DNA of 64,000 nt from Octopus vulgaris. Taxonomy: Eukaryota. Below, piece by piece: positions 62,290-64,000 of this stretch. Within the stretch, counting starts at the first letter, position 1. Each line of letters starts with the position of its first letter. The notes beneath the pieces were generated by a model, which did not search any database, was not told the origin of the DNA, and worked only from the letters and a program-made list of their open reading frames with translations. The translations under genes were made by a program, and so were the position numbers. The stretch covers positions 36,208,001 to 36,272,000 of the forward strand of contig OX597824.1 of the NCBI GenBank assembly GCA_951406725.2, in the 5' to 3' direction.

Positions 62290-63840
62290 ACACAGATATC
62301 TCCTCCTCCTATTCTTCCTTTAATGTGTTTCCCAAGCTGGCATGGGCCAGAAAGTTTAACAAGAACAGGTAAACTAGAGAGCTGCATAAAGTTCTAGTCT
62401 GATATGGCTTGATTTCTACAGTTGGATGCCCTTTGTAATGCCAAGCACTTTACAGTGTGTGCTGGGTGCTTTTAAGGTGACACTGCATGAGTACTCTTAT
62501 GCGGCACTAGCATTGAACTCGTGCAGGTCAATTCTCTTCACCAGGGGATGTGGCCTTAACACTTCTGCTGTGGAGGAGGTTCTCTTGAGTACAAGCAAGA
62601 TGCCAGGTATCTTGGTCCTTTGTCATCTCGACTGAGAGGTTCAGTGTCCGGAGGTCGTCCTGCAGTACTTTGTCCCCTATCTTTCTGGGCCTCCCTCTTC
62701 CATATGTTCCATTCACTTTGAGAGACCGGCACTTATTTATGGAGTTGTTGGTAACCATCCACATCACATGACCAAACCAGTGCAGTCTTTTCTCGTGCAC
62801 AATGCATTTCTCTTATGCTTAATTTCTCTCTGAATACGAGAGGGTACCCAAAAGAAACTGGAAATTTGCAATATCATTTTATCCATTTACTTTTACATGT
62901 TTACACTTTTATTGCCTTCGAAGTATTTTTCATTTGAAGCAATCCTGGAACTCTTGCAAAATGATGCCTTTTAATGCCTCTGTTGTTTTTTCATTCACCT
63001 TTTCCACATTAAGAACTTTTTTCATTAGGAGAATCAGGAAAAAGTCACAGGGATCAGGGTCACTTATCTGACGTGGGTAGGGTACTGTCTATTTTCTTGC
63101 TTACTAAGACCTCAGTCATTGCTAAGTTAACCTAAAGGTCCTTAGATTTCAGGTTTTGTTTTCACACCTGGAATTTCTTTTCTAGCTCTGATACAGAATC
63201 TGCTATAAGGGCAAGATCATCAATATATATAGGAGTTCTCAGGGGCTCCTGGTTTTGAATTCTTGTGTTATTGTCTGGAGGACAATGATGAACAGGAGGG
63301 AACTGAGGATGGAACCTTGATAAATGCCTACCTGTACACCAAATTCTTTATTGTACTTATGGTTAACTCTCACCTTACTGACAGAATCTTTGTACATAGC
63401 CTGTACAGCTTTCACAAGCTACTTTTTTTATCACTAGTCTTCTCAGAGCCCACCATATCACACAGCAGAGTATCTACCAAAGGTGTTCTCTAGATCAACA
63501 AATGCTAAGTATAATGGTTTATTCTTAGCTAAGTATTTCTTTTGCAGTTGCCTGATTATGAAAATAGCATCCATAGTACTTCTACCTGGAGCAAAGTCGA
63601 ACTGCATTTCATATAGCTTAATTCTGCTCCTAATTAATTAGGCTACAACTCTCTCCGTAATTCTCATTACCTGGTCCAGGAGTTTTATACCTCTATAATT
63701 GCTTCTATCTAAGGCATCTCACTTACCCTAGTGGCAGCTAACAATAATGCTGCTACACTAGTACCGAGTATTACACCTTCCTGAATAACCTGATTAATTA
63801 TGCAGGTGATTAGCCTATATTCTACTTTACTGGATATTTT
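62290..63840 (-). mobile_element. Degraded RTE LINE fragments with a mariner-like piece inserted (~62835..63080)
   Basis: EKRLHWFGHV..GRGRPRK in ORF 62528..62800; RT-region similarity at 63085..63840. Confidence 0.75.
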
Positions 63841-64000
63841 GTATATTTATTAACACACAACAGTATATCAAATAAACTAACACACACACCAACCTATGTA
63901 TACCAAACTATAGCTCTACAATTTATTTTCACTTCTGGGCATGTTAGACCACCTCTACCACCCCCACCAGATCTCAAAGCCAAAATATTACCAATATAGG

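Noticed and set aside
684-63493. Most 60-160 aa ORFs in the supplied track
   Set aside because: They derive from microsatellites, SINEs, LINE antisense frames or exon overlaps and have no independent coding signal

Overview
AT-rich, repeat-dense eukaryotic genomic DNA. The SINE, RTE-LINE and microsatellite content resembles an octopus/coleoid cephalopod genome, but the taxon is an inference. Three spliced host genes were reconstructed by hand. (1) The last 6 coding exons of carboxypeptidase Q (CPQ, +, 30..15958). (2) A complete 5-exon cornichon homolog 4 (CNIH4, +, 27980..38957, 146 aa) whose first intron has a U12-type 5' splice site. (3) The last 4 coding exons of glucosamine-6-phosphate N-acetyltransferase (GNPNAT1, -, 52878..58486). 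Two near-intact, convergent RTE-type LINEs lie between CPQ and CNIH4. The window also holds mariner, hAT and Penelope remnants, piggyBac- and Merlin-like MITEs, several tRNA-derived SINE families, a 27-bp minisatellite and an intron-containing tRNA-Lys pseudogene abutting an RTE tail. The most striking signal not visible in the ORF track is about 14 copies, from at least 6 unrelated sequence families, of minimal type-I hammerhead-ribozyme motifs. Most sit in palindromic insertions, some follow Penelope GIY-YIG remnants, one family has a tRNA-like Pol III head, and at least one copy (49257..49342, -) has a fully intact catalytic core. All folds and homologies were assigned by eye and need computational confirmation.
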